Origin: Pavona decussata
Lineage: Eukaryota
Direction: 5' to 3'
NCBI GenBank assembly: GCA_977016875.1
Contig: CDRNST010000090.1
Location: 744,001-808,000, forward strand
Length of the DNA: 64,000 nucleotides
Shown here: positions 11,840 to 24,960 of the stretch, in pieces
How the letters are laid out: every line of letters starts with the position of its first letter
How positions within the stretch are numbered: position 1 is the stretch's first letter
Translations under genes and position numbers: made by a program
The notes under the pieces: generated by a model
What the model saw: only the letters and a program-made list of their open reading frames with translations
Database searches by the model: none
Told to the model about the DNA's origin: nothing

Positions 11840-12463
11840 CAAAAATCTAAAAATAAAATGTCTCGGGACTACTATAGATTCACATATCTGACAAAGAAAT
11901 GGTTTGAAATAAGCTGGCCTCTTTGTATCAAACTACCCTTGTCGAAGGGCTGTTTCTCAAAGTAAGTGTCACATGGCCTTCCGTCATTACTTTACCTCTT
12001 CAATTTACCTGAAGACGACAGTATGAGTCCAAAATGTATCGAACTCGATAATTTCTATGATTATGTACCTGTTCATTCCAAAACGGTGTGCTGTAACCCG
12101 CAGGAATCGTGAAACCCGGGTTGGTGAAACCATAGCAATACCAGGTATTGCTTGAATATATGCCTCAGTTTAAGTCTCTTGCAAAGTGAAGTAAGCAACT
12201 GATCAGTCGAAAAGGAAGCTCGAAGTGGAATAAAAACAAATATCATGAAAGGATAACTGGCATCATTACATTAAATCGAAGCAAAGACAGTTGTCTTGCA
12301 AACCCGGTTCTCAATTAATAAAAGTCATTAGAATATTTACTGAAATGAGCAACCTTTTGGAGCCAACAGTTTTCTTTCCTGTTTCCGAAATGCGGCTGTA
12401 AACCGAAAGCTGCACTTTCTCACTTTTGATCGGTGATGAATGTGGGAAATGGATGTAGCTTAA

Positions 12464-15400
12464 GAGCAAATGTTGCCAAAAATCAAACATTTTTGAAATA
12501 TCGTGGCAACGGCTCAAAAATCAATTCGGCCCATTTTCTCAAGTTAGGTAGACCTTAATGTGAAACAAGTGACTGCATACTTTGTTTAGTTAAATATCGA
12601 TTCATTTTCGAGAAAATCGATAATAACCGAAGTCTCTGAAAATACCGCTGTTTGAGTATAAAATTTAGGGCGATTTACGAAGCTTCGTGTTACAAAATAA
12701 AACACTCCAGAGAAATAAAAACTATCATATCTTGTGGAAAGATGTCGAAAGTGTATGTTACAAACAATTTGAGGAATTTTTGACCATTTACTTTTAAAAT
12801 GTAAAAGTATTTGTCCGACCTACTTTTTCCAAGATGAAAAGATGGCCCAAATTAACCTATTATTTAAGCATGTGGTACCGAATGTAATTAACTAAAAATC
12901 TGTGTTTTTTAAGGGAAAGAGTTGGTCTTTTACGTCCCCAAAGGATTTTTTGGGGAAATGATTCAGTGCAATGAAATCGAATTTTAAAGTTATATAAATA
13001 GCGCTGTTTCAAGTGATCCGGTGAATTACCTCAACTGTACACATACACGACCAACTTATATTATTTCGCAGTTTACGCTCATTCGAAATCTAATTTAGCA
13101 TAAAAACTCCTCCATGTTTACAAATCAAAGATAAAGACTGCAGTCCTGCAACTGCCATTTCCTTCGTGAAAAAATCGAACCAACGTGAAGGACCACTTCC
13201 CACGATATGGCAGCACTGTACCATTGTTGTTTACTTCCTCACGTTTTTGATGCGAACATTCTCTGTTTTCATTTTTCTCAAAAATGGCCTTCAAACGTCT
13301 TTCGTAAATCGTCTTTGTTAAAACATCAGTGTTGAACAGAACAGCGAGCGAAAAAAAGGACCAAACCTCCTTAAATTAAAACACGTGTTTCCGTGTTTCT
13401 TGAATTGTGAAATACAACTTATTAATTCAGAGGGAGTTCACGTGAAATTTGCAAGCATAGGAAAATTTAAAAATTGGAACATGGAACACATAGTAGGCGG
13501 ACCACAGGTCGAGCTTTTGTATTTAAAATATCAACGATAAAAAAGGGGAAAAAGTAGAAGCAATCAAAAGAAGCCAAAAAGGCAATAAATCATAAAATAG
13601 GATCACTGTAGAAAACACTACTTCGCGGCACTGCTACCGTGAAACCGGGAAAAACAAAATCATTTTAATTGTTTTTTTGGGAGTTTTAAGCATCCTTTTT
13701 AACGTTTTTTAAATAATGAAATTTTAAGTCAAATTCGAGAGGGCGGTCTGCATTTTAAGACATCCGTCAATTTTGTTTGCTTCTAATTGATTAATCTAAA
13801 GAAACTGGTTTAGTGAAACGTTTGTAAACACCGAGAATGGCCCGTGTTATTGTGCGAATGTGCAGGTGTGTTGCTCTTATAAGTCTCTCGTGGCAGGAAT
13901 TTTTGGATTTGACACGAGAGACAGGAAAAAAGAAACACAAATCATCTCTTCGCTGGCCTGTTCAAAAGACATTTTCAATCATATGGCTAGTCTTGGTTTT
14001 TTGGGTCCAAAGGACGAAGTTGACCTTATTCTCAGCCGAGTAGAGATATTTACTCATCCTGGAAACATAAATTCTATGACCGTATGTCCCTTGCATCGCG
14101 AGAAGCTTGGTTTTCGCTGAAGAAGGGGATCAAATGCGAGGTGCAGACAAAAGGGGCAAAAAGTGGCCAAAATGCGACCGAGGAATCGGGAAAATTGATA
14201 CGCAAATAATAATAAAGAAACTGGCCGGAGTATTTCTTCAAGTAGGCTCAGGTAAGTTGACTTTTTGCATACCTTGCCTTCTCTCTCGAACTCGCTTGTC
14301 TTAGCACGGAGCACTAGATTTCTTATAGGTATTTGCGCAACATGTCGGAAAACCCTCAGGGCGCTTGTAGCAGAGAAAGGAGAGACAGCCACTGTAACTT
14401 TACAGTCTCGACCTATTAAAGTAAGTTTACTGAGACAAATGAGTAAATTAAACTTGGTAAGCTTTAAACCACATTACTTATTATCAGCTTGCCGTCAGTC
14501 AGTCAGTTAGTATTATGTGGAGATGTGGAGATGAATAAAGAATAAAGAGATAGGTAACTCTCCCCACACTATGGCACACCCTGCAATCTTTATGATCCGT
14601 GTAAAAGTCTAACTAGGGGACTGGTGACTAAACGCAACGCTGCTACTTTTTTTGCAATATGTGTAGCACATTGAAATGACTTGACTCCGCAGATTGTCGT
14701 TGGGACCAGTTTCGTTGTGGTGACTAAGTTACGTATTCCGGCATTCGCAATGCAAAGGACATTTGCGTGATTTTAGCCCATTTTTACTCAAAAAAATTCC
14801 CTTGTTCACGCCGGCGAAAAGTTACCTACTAAGACACTGGGTTTAATGCTTCCGATTGTCAGTTAACCCCTCTTCGTTATATTGTTATAGATATTTAAAA
14901 TTCTTTCTTTTTCTCTCTTTCTCTTTCCGTCCTTCCCTACTTCTTTCCCGCCCTTTTCCCTTCCCTTCCCTTCCCTTCCTTTCTTTCTTTCCTTTTTTGT
15001 GGCTCAAAAAGAATAATTTGACGAGGAGGGGAAGAGGAGGAGGAACAGGAAGAGGTTGAAGTCTCTTTTACGCTAGTATCAAGTCCTATGTTATTAATTA
15101 GAAAGAAGCCGTTATGAACCATCTTTTGTTGAAGAAAAAATTTTAAATTTAAATTTTAGAAAAAACAATGGGAAGAAGCTTCCGAGAGGAAAAAAGGCTT
15201 TATACTAGAAAAGTGCGACAAACTCTTAATGCATGCTTGGATGAGTTTGCTCCAGGGGAAGCTGAAACGATACTCTCATCGCTGGTTAAATCAAAGCTTG
15301 AAAAAATACTATCGATGGAATGTCTTGCCGAATGTTCTAACAATGAGGAACACTGGAGCAGCAGAAGGCAGATTTTGTCCATCATGGCGGACATGTGAAT

Positions 15401-17882
15401 TTCAAAGATCTGCTAAAATGGATACATAACTTGTCCAGGTATCACTTTAACATAGCAGCAGAGGCTCAAAAGCTTCTATGACTGGCAAACGTAAGCAGCG
15501 CTATGTATAAACTATCGAAGGCGTAGTTGCCAGTTGTGGTAGCACATGTAAAACTTGAACGGTTGATCAAAATGTCTAGAACAGAGCAGTAGCCTACAAA
15601 ACGTTCAGTAATTTTCGAAAGTGCCTGACCGTTGTCAACAACATTTCCGACACCAGCATGATTTTGATCGCTGCGTCTGTTTCCATTTAAATCGTCTGAA
15701 TCCGCAAGGGACTCCCAATTTAAAGTGATAGGGTTCAATTTTGTAATTAACACTGCTAATTGCATTCAAATCTGAACTGGTTAACGTGAAAATTATCCTG
15801 ATACTTTTTAGGGTGTAAGCTAGGAAAAACAAATATGTGATGGGAAAAATAACTAGTTGTCAAAATTGGCGAAAAAAGGAGAATTGAGCAAAAGGAGAAT
15901 TGAGGCACACCCTGTGACGTTTATGATTTCTAGCAGGAAGTCCCCCATTGGTGATTTATAATTAGTTTATGGGCAATAGTATGTCGTTCTGGTGACCATA
16001 CGCATTAAACTGCTTGAACGTTTTTACTTCAAGGTGAAGTATAAGCAAATAAAGTGTTAAATCACGTTTTCTTTCTTTCTGTTTCCCGCTATAAACCTCC
16101 GAGAACCCTAAATAAAACCTGCAGTAGCTAGAAGTTACGGCACCTCATTAATTCTTAAGTGTCTTGGCCATAGTTAGATCACCAACGAATGGTGGGTTTG
16201 GCTAACTGTTTTCACAGATTGAAGTTAATTCAGTAAACAATTTACGTAAAGCGGTAAATTTGCATAAGTTTTAGCTTGCGTGGCCGGTACGCGATTCTGT
16301 TCCATTGCTGGCACAGAAGTTGCTCTATCGGCTCCTCTCATTCACTCTTTTTTGAATAGCATTTAACGCAAGAGCGTGTTTTCGAATATCAGTAGGTAAG
16401 ATGAGTTCGACAGTTTTCTTTTTGGCATAACGTGTGTATTGGCCGTTCTGACCGCGCGCAAAACAATGACCTAGGTTTTGGGACTGTAAAGGCTCGGATG
16501 CTCTGTGCTTTGGGGATCGAACAACTCGAGTGATTGATGGCTGTGATTAGTATTATATTCCAAGACTACTGGTCAGGTGTGATCTGTTTGAGTGATTATG
16601 AACACTGAGATGCTACATTGTAAGTTAAATTGAAATATAGCTAGTTTTGAATGACTAGCTACAAGGGGTGAGGGTTAAAAGTGGCTTCCCTTAGCCTAGG
16701 AACTTCCGGCCCGAATCCCGGAAGTAGGAATTTGTCATGCAACGATTGAGCGTGTTTCCTTCGCTTACCTAGTTGACGAATCCAACTTAAGAAAGCCCAG
16801 GTCCGTCCACAAGGAAAATGTAAGTGGATGTATATATTATTTAAAAGTGAAATCCTTTAATTATAATTCATGATCAAGGAATTCAACAGACCGTTTGATT
16901 TCATGATCCAACGTTGGAAATTGCTCCGGCTTGTCAAAATTGAGACGGATTTTTTGCCTTTCATATAAACTCCAAGAGAGCTGAAACAAATAGCTTGTTG
17001 TTCGCCTTTGGTTTACTGTTCACTTTAAAACTGGGTTTAACGGAAAGGCTTACGAAAATCATTTTTAAAAGCTACTCGTTTCTCGAAAACAACATCGGAA
17101 AATTTTCCCATCTAAACAGCACGTGCGCATTTCAAAACAAACATGACACTTTACATTTGTATTGTCTTAACAAGTTATCTGGCGGTGTGTATTTGGTATC
17201 GAACGGTGAGACAGCACTACTATAGCCTTCATCTTTGATTTTTACAACATAAAGGTAACTTATTATGTCAAATTAGCTAAAGGTTAAACGTACTCATCGA
17301 AACATTAATAGTTGCGTGCGTTCAGGTGACTTCACGGGATCAGTTGAAATAGTGCAATTTATCCAAATTCAAAATTTGATATCATCGCACTGAATCATTT
17401 CCCCATAAAGTCCTTCGGAAATCTAAAAGAACAACTCTTCGGCTCTCAAAATCCAATTTTTTGAGGCATTCTATTCAGTACCACATGCTGAAATAATAGG
17501 TTATTTTTGGCCCATTTTTCATCTTGATAAAAGTAGGTCGGACAAATTTATTCACATTATGAAAGTATATTGTCGAGAATTGCTGAAATTGCCTGTAACA
17601 CACATTTTGGTATCATTGTACAAAATTTGATGGATTTTATTTCTCTAAAGTGTTTTAATTCGTTACGCGAAGCTTCCTAAATCGCCCCAAAATACAAGCT
17701 CAAGAAGCGACATTTTCACAGAATTTGATTTTTATCGATTTTCTCGAAAATGAATCGATATTTATCTAAACAAACTATGCAGTGATTTGTTTCACATTGA
17801 GGTCTACCTAACTTGAGAATATGGGCCGAATTGATTTTTGAGCTGTTGCCACCAAATGTTTGACCGATGGTAACATTTGCTC
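12464..17882 (+). mobile_element. Sola3-like DNA transposon, internally deleted, about 580-bp diverged TIRs
   Basis: TTAA|GAGCAAATGTTGCCA...TGGTAACATTTGCTC|TTAA; long imperfect inverted similarity between 12464-~13045 and ~17310-17882. Confidence 0.85.
13837..15445 (+). pseudogene. 5' exons of decayed Sola3-type transposase
   Basis: EVDLILSRV...VCPLHREKLGFR; GT-AG intron 14252-14328 joining VGS/GICATCR; later WSSRRQILSIMAD; stops and frameshifts; catalytic core missing. Confidence 0.7.
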
Positions 17883-18072
17883 TTAAGCTCTAAAAAATGT
17901 TTGCCAGTTTTGATCTTCTCCAATCTCAAGGTTAGCGTAAGGAAGTTTTGACAAAAAAAAAAAAGATGTATTGGAAGTTGCATGAGAGTGACGCAAAGTG
18001 ATGTTTCCTGTTGATCACGTGAATTTCTGTAAAACAGTATTCGGACTATTATTATTATTATTATGTTACTAG

Positions 18073-18787
18073 GGCTGAGCTTCCACCTTGGCACGATGGT
18101 AACATCTCTGACAACGAGATCTATGTTAAAATTGGTGGTGATCACGGGCAAGGATCAATGAAGTATGGTTTCCAACTAGCCAATGTTGAAAAGCCAAACT
18201 CAAGCAAGAGGAATGTTGTCTTCTGTCTGTATGAAGCCAAGGATACGAGAAACAACATGCTAACAGTGACCTTGCCCAACAAACAGCAGCTTGGTGATCT
18301 AGTACTAAACAAGTGGCAGTAAGCAGATACTATCAATTTCCTTCATCATTAACTGTTAATTTTGCTGTCGTTATTTCTAATCTCATTTGATATCAACAAT
18401 CTATATTCAACAGAAACAAAAACTACTCGCCTGTTTTTATCTGGGAATTATGAATTCCTTTGCAAGGTCGTTGGAATATCAGGAGCAATTGGTGAGTTTG
18501 TCTTATCATTGACACAGTTCTCTATACACATAAGGTATAAGGAAATTTAGTTAATAACTTAATTACTTCATTCCATCGTTAGAACGATATCCATGTTTTT
18601 AGTGTACTGTCTCCTAGCCACCAAAATGAAACTGCCAAAGGACCAGAGAGGATCAGTTGCTCTTTGCACACTTCAACATCTGAGTGAAATGTTGCAGAAG
18701 TTTCAGGCAGCTGGAGGTGATCTAAAAAGGGCCAAAGACTCTTACAATGTCATTCATGCTCCGCACTTCAACATCCCCATAGAGCAA
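18073..18787 (+). pseudogene. Three decayed exons of a RAG1-core-like (Transib/Chapaev/CMC group) transposase
   Basis: WHDGNISDNEIYVKIGGDHGQGSMKYGFQLANVEKPNS...EAKD; LFLSGNYEFLCKVVGISGA; RYPCFxC; NVIHAPHFNIPIEQV, joined by GT-AG introns. Confidence 0.6.
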
Positions 18788-20746
18788 GTAAAGATGAGAT
18801 ACTAATGATTATACACTTGCAAACTTTTTCTTGGCATAGATGCTTGCCATTCATTACATGCATTATTGCCCTTAATTTTAGTTATTTTGCTTAACCTTCT
18901 CAGATTTGCATACCAGCACTCCACATTAGCCTTGGCTTGTTTCTCAAGTTTTATGTGCTGTTTGAAAATGCGTGCAGTGAAATGGATAAAAGGGTCATTG
19001 CTAATTTTATTAGAAGGTGGCACTTCCCACTAGTTTTTATTGGCTAGCAGGGAGGTGAATCAATTCACCATGAATTCGTTCAACTTGCCTCCACCTTCTG
19101 CAGCGTAAAACCAGACACAGCTCGACTAAAGCAAAAGATGCAGGAGCATTTTGTAATTGTACATCCACAAAACAGACAGGTTATTCCTGTGATGCAGGCC
19201 AAAAACCTAAAAAGGAAACAGCCACAGCAAGAATATATGAACAAAATGCAATAAAATAATATGGCTTATAGCATTCTTTTTTTTTTTGAGCCTGAGCATA
19301 TATAATTAGTTATATTGCATAGCACATGTATATTTTGTATGAAAACAGCGTATAAGCTTAAGAGAACGCGTCCAAATATCGCGCGGGTATCCGATAACCG
19401 GAATCGGTACCGATCATTTTCCCGACTGTTCGGAATCGGCATGGGTTGGCTGACCTCAAGTGCCGTTTCCGATTCTGATAAGAGCGGTGCTGATTTAATC
19501 GGAAAGAACTTGACCTCCTGATCCTATGCGTGACAAAAAGAAAACGACTAGCTATAATATAAGCTTACGATACACAGAGAAGGAGCAAAGCCCTTGATAG
19601 AAGCGAGATCCAACCATTTATTTGCAAAGTTCTCCATTTCAGATAAAAAGATCGCGAGAAGTCCAATTGGTAAAGCTGTCAAACTTTAGTCAGAAAATTA
19701 ACAAAAACGTAATAAACTAAGCTTTATAAATGCTATGCATGGTACTCTATTTACTTGTTTTGTAAAATTATGCTGGCTTTATTATGTTATGGCCACCTAA
19801 AATGCTCCGTTCGCTGCCACGTTCAACGAACCCTATGGGAAAAGACGGACTGCAAGCCATCTACGCTGTTACTTGCTTTTAGGCTTCTAGAAGTATAATT
19901 TGGGCCGTCGGCAATTACACACCACAAAATCATCGCTTCAGCTTGCGATTGCTGTCTCGAACGCTTCCAGTTTGCATAATATTATATGCATAATGGTAGC
20001 TAATTCTGCATGATTATTTTTACAAGGGAGTATACAGGTTTCCGCTTCCAGTAAAGTCAGCAAACAACGAGATAACCTCAATTTCACCAATAGCGGTTGA
20101 ACACAAATGCAGTTCCTCCGGAATTAGGTGTTAAAGAGAACAAAACTGAGAAAACTAATAGAAAACTGATTTCACTGATAGCGGTTGAACACATACGCAG
20201 TTCCTGTGGAATTAGGTGTTTACGAGAGCATATTCCTACGCCAAAACTAACATTAGTGATCACTCTCAGGAAAGAACATTGCATACCGTTACGATTCTAA
20301 TAACTGCCCGTAGGGCTTATCTCATTTTGTGGCCTGGAGGAGGGCGCTTAATGGAGACAGAACGCTTATTCAAGTTTCCATTTTTTATAGGAACATTGTG
20401 GTATAGTACAATGTACATCAGTTAAAAAGAAACTGTAACAACTGAGAATTACACCTCTAATCAGAAGAGTGCATTTTATCCAGAATGTAATGTCTGAATT
20501 CTAGCACAGCTAGTAATCTGAAGTGGCGGGCTGGTACGGTACATCCGTTGACCGGCTCATTGAAAAGGGTGCTGTTTTGTTTTAACATGTGAGAGTATGT
20601 CAGACACACTAAGGAATGTCATTTTTCCTGTATTTCTATTTAGTATTTTGCGGTGTACTTTGAATGATAGTGCACTGATTGCCTCTCCCTGCCCACCTTG
20701 CTCAAAGTGCAGCACACGTGTAATTTACAAGTAAAACGAAAGAAAC

Positions 20747-21004
20747 ATGGCTACAGGACAGACAGGACATGACACTTTGACACCCGAGAAAGAAGCTGAA
20801 AATGCTTTAGTCTTTTTCCAAGAAGGACTGAAAACACTGGCCAGTGCGTACTCCATTTACGAAGAGTGGACTGAGAATATGGACCCATACGCTCCAACCA
20901 TACGCCATCCACTTTACAGACAAATAGTTAGGACGTACCATGGTAAGCGAGCCAACCTACTGCAAACGCTGATACAGGGAGACTATTTTGCACAGTGTAT
21001 GTAA
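20747..21004 (+). CDS. Small hypothetical ORF (85 aa) inside Harbinger-type element
   Basis: ATG in strong context (AACATGG) and protein-like composition; no recognised domain. Confidence 0.3.
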   Translation: MATGQTGHDTLTPEKEAENALVFFQEGLKTLASAYSIYEEWTENMDPYAPTIRHPLYRQIVRTYHGKRANLLQTLIQGDYFAQCM

Positions 21005-22250
21005 TTAAGACTGAATGTCCTTTTTTATTTCAATGCTGATTGTAGTGATAAAAGAGATGACTGAGGGACTGGAGGAAATGGTGCAAGGAGATGGTGTTTT
21101 TTGGCTGAAAGAACAGCGTTAAGGTGCTTCAATTCACTCAATCAAATGGAACAACCAAAAGAACAGTTAATTATCAGCGAAACAAGATTTGTTTTTTTCC
21201 ATATAATACATATACTCAGTCACCGATAACAATAAAAGATGTTGGAGAATACAATTCTGATCTAGTGTTTTCCTGGGTATCCTGTGTTTACAGCTAACAA
21301 GATCGATATTATTTTCGTTTTTGAATAAATGACATTTAGTAATAGTCGCGCTTGCATCAATCCGATAACCAGTTTATTTGCTACAAATCAACGCTTGGCA
21401 ATTTAACCCACATGACAGATATAAATCAACGACTTTTGCGCCGTGAATTTGGGTGAACAAAATAAGTTAAGCACAGTTCTCGCGCTGTGTTACGTTGAGT
21501 GCCAGAGGTTTATAAGTTTTTATATCCGATGCGAAAATTGTGGCGAAAGGCGCAAAGCCAAGAGAAAAAATAAATCATTTGGGTCTGTTGCTGTAACTAC
21601 AGCGCTTATACGCCCTCGGCACTAATTTCGTTGAGTGTTCAACAGGTCACGTATCTTAAATGTCAGTATTCCTGCCTTTTTATTTCTTATTTTCGGCTTG
21701 AGAAAGACAGGAATTGCGTATGTAGTCGGCTTATCAGTAAAATTGTGATTATTGTTATAATTAAGTTGTTTTAAATTTTTGTGGCGTTTATATCAGACCG
21801 GAGCAAAGGCAAAGGTCCAGGGGAAAGATTGAACTTGTGACTTCAATAGATTCAACCTGCCCAGGGTCAAATTAAGTCTGCGACGCAGGCTGTAGTATAT
21901 CATTCAAAGATCAACAAGTCACGTATCTTTAACATCAGTACTAAACGAAGGCGTAGCTGACTGGGCGCACTATTAAATTGCTGTAAGTGTTATCTGCACT
22001 GTCGAGTGTTAATTATTTTGCACTTGGCAATGATATAAAGTCACAAAAGATAAAAAGCGTAGGCAACTAACCTGACTGAGAAACAATTTCCTCCTATTGA
22101 TTTTGAAGGAAATAGTTTTCAAACTCCTAATTGAACAGGAATTGCATTATCTAGTCCGCTTTACCGCCAGTTTTGACGCTACTACAGTAAAGCATTATCT
22201 GCTCTTAGGAACGAGTATATATTTAGGGAAGTGTCCTACTTAAAAATCAG

Positions 22251-24960
22251 ATCAGTAGTTGTACCGACAGGAGTCACTTCAAGAAAACGAAATTACTCTC
22301 AATCACTCAAGGACCCTAATAACATGGAGGTATGTATCTTGGACGATTTTCAATATTGACGATATATGAAAGTTTCTTTTTCTGTGGCACAATCAATTTG
22401 GTCACAGACTATTCATCGTGCATGATCTGTTTTGTGATTTTACAGTTACCGTTTGTTCGAGGAGATAGGATTCAGGTGTTTGATCCCGTATTTGGGCAGT
22501 GGCTAAATGCATCAGTTCTAATGGCAGAGTTAGAGAAGGACAGCGTCCAAGTGTACCGGGCGGGATACCCCAAAACCTTTGATACCTGGTTAAAACGTTC
22601 GGAAGTGCGGACTCCAGAGGATGAACGACCACTGGACCGAAGGAGGCCCATTGAAAAAGGAAATTTTCCAACAAGACTGCACCCTAAACAACTCCAAAAG
22701 GATGATCGTGTGCAGTGCATGGATGGGAGTAACGTAACTGAAGAGACATTGGCAAAGAACAACTGCTTCAGAGGCGAGGTATACAGTTTAAATTTTGCTT
22801 ATTTAGTAAAACCATAGTTACCACGATGAAAAGGAGCATTCTAATTGGTTTCTTGAGTGTTCCGCAACTTGCTATAGGGACCCCGCTGTTAATTTTACAG
22901 TCTTGGGTTAAGTAGAAACCTTTTCCTGGGTGTGTGGCCTACAATTTTGGCAGAACTTTTGCGAAAGTAGCATGAGAAAAATTGTGTTCCTCTGTATCTA
23001 ATTTTCGCCACTGTAGCACGCGCATTTCCCAATATATACTATACATAAAAAAGTGATTCTGTACGTATATATTCCACTATGTAATTGGCATCATGGTCTG
23101 TGATACCCAGTTGATTGGTTGCTAGCCAGATTATTTCAATTACCGCATTTCAAAATAAACAACAATCGAGGAAGTACCTTATTACATGAAAGTTGTGCGA
23201 AATGTTAATTTCACGAAATTGGAGTGGCCATACCATTTGAACTATTTTAATGCAGTTTTCAATAGTTTTTTTTTTCGCTTATGATAGGTAACACTGTAGT
23301 GCGGCGTACAACAACAACAAAATGAACTATATTTGTTTCCCACAAAAGTCGCGACTGATACATGGTGATTTAATAGCGTTATTTCTTAGTATAACTTTTT
23401 TGGACATTATTAAATGTAATTTTGTTATAATCATTTTTAAAACTCACTAGGTTACATTGCTGAACAGAAGAGTTGTCAAGTACGAGTACCTCAAAGAAGG
23501 CAGTGTTGAAGGAAATGACTTGACTGATAATTCTGTCCCAGCCAAGGAGAAATCTGAAAATATAAATCCAAAAGTCTTTTCTAGTTTGCATGAGAACAGC
23601 TTCAGTCAACATTCAGATGACGAGCCACTTGATGATATGCCTCCAGACAATGAAGACAATGTAAGTATTTACAATTATGTTAATTGGTTTTGGCAGCTCT
23701 CTTTTGGGAACCCTGATGTGACTCTTACGGGGTCGCTTGCTAAGACTATGTGTTTCCCGCGGAATGGTTTACCAAGCGAAACGAAATTAAATAGAGCCTG
23801 ATCACAGTTAGTAAAAAGAGGTAAAAATTAAAATGATGATATTACATGCATAAATTTACAATCAAAATTATAAATAAATATACTGAATAAGAGTTTTTTC
23901 CCTTGGAAAACTGTTCCAAAGTTTTGTGGCAGTTTATGTTAACGCATTTGTTGTTTTGAGCCTGAGAAAAGCCAAAATTTTAACTAACATTTGAGATTGT
24001 TATAAAACTATGTTATAAAGGGGGTCTATAAACAAGCCGGAAAGTTACTCCCAAATTTGTCATCAGGACCATGTTTTGTGGCATGATGTAATTAATATTT
24101 GCAGTGATTTTTTTAATAATATGTAATTATAACACATCATTTCTATCATGTACCACATAGGACCTGTCAGACCTGTGGCCGATCAATAATGACTACCAGT
24201 CCGAAATTGATGACGCATTGGAAAAGATGAAGTTTGAAGAGGCCTTAAAAGAACTCTCAGAAAATCAACAGGAAATTAAAAAGACTCTATCTGCCATAGA
24301 AGGGCTCTTGCACCAAAGGCTAGAAAAGCGTGCAAAGGGAGCTCTTCAGGCGCCAATTTTGTCTTTGGCTGCTGTCAGTGACAAGATCCTTTTCGCCAGT
24401 TCCACTCCAGCCCAAGTTAGAGTGATTCCAAGCATTAACCACTCTGTTTCTACACTTCAGTCAATGCAGCTGTCCCATACACCGGCTTCCTCAACATCTC
24501 CAGGCAACTCTACTTCCCTGAGCAGTGTGTCTCAAACCGAGAGCTCAAGCCCTCCACTTCCCTTAATTATAGCTGGTGGAAACACTATGTCAGTGAATTC
24601 AGAAGACGACGATGCCACGGGAAATTCATCTTCCCTTGCAAACTACAATGGGCCTATTCCTAAATATTGCCTCTGCAAATTCGACAAATTGCAAATCTCT
24701 TGTTTTCAAACTAATGGACAACTTGTTTCACAAAAAAGAATTGGCCACCTCGAGTTTGCAGGGGAGTGTTAGAAAGTATAGAGGGGCTAACAACTAAGAA
24801 AACTCTTTCTCCTTCCAAGATGAGAACCATATTTAAGGCTGCCAAACTGCGTTTCCCCATTGAGTTTTCAACCTTATTGAACACGCCTGAATTTAAAGAT
24901 CCCGTAAACATGAAATGCCGAAAAACAGTGTTTAAGGACAGCAAGCTAAGTCCTCTCAGT
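22251..24960 (+). pseudogene. Spliced gene: Tudor-knot/chromo-barrel-like + acidic linker + coiled coil + Ser-rich + BEN-like domain; two lesions near 24660 and 24795
   Basis: Phase-0 GT-AG exons ~22251-22329, 22446-22778, 23451-23660, 24161-~24960. FVRGDRIQVFD...WLNASV...VQVYRAGYPKTFDTW; LVFKLMDNLFHKKELATSSLQG...LSPSKMRTIFKAAKLRFP...VNMKCRK. Confidence 0.7.

Noticed and set aside
14856-15122. Low-complexity ORFs (also 10065-10265, 11750-11965, 55542-55901, 57348-57542)
   Set aside because: Translations of microsatellites or homopolymer tracts.
19060-19205. F-box-like LCLVLRCRRWRQ on the minus strand
   Set aside because: Too short, with no upstream LPxE motif or supporting frame.
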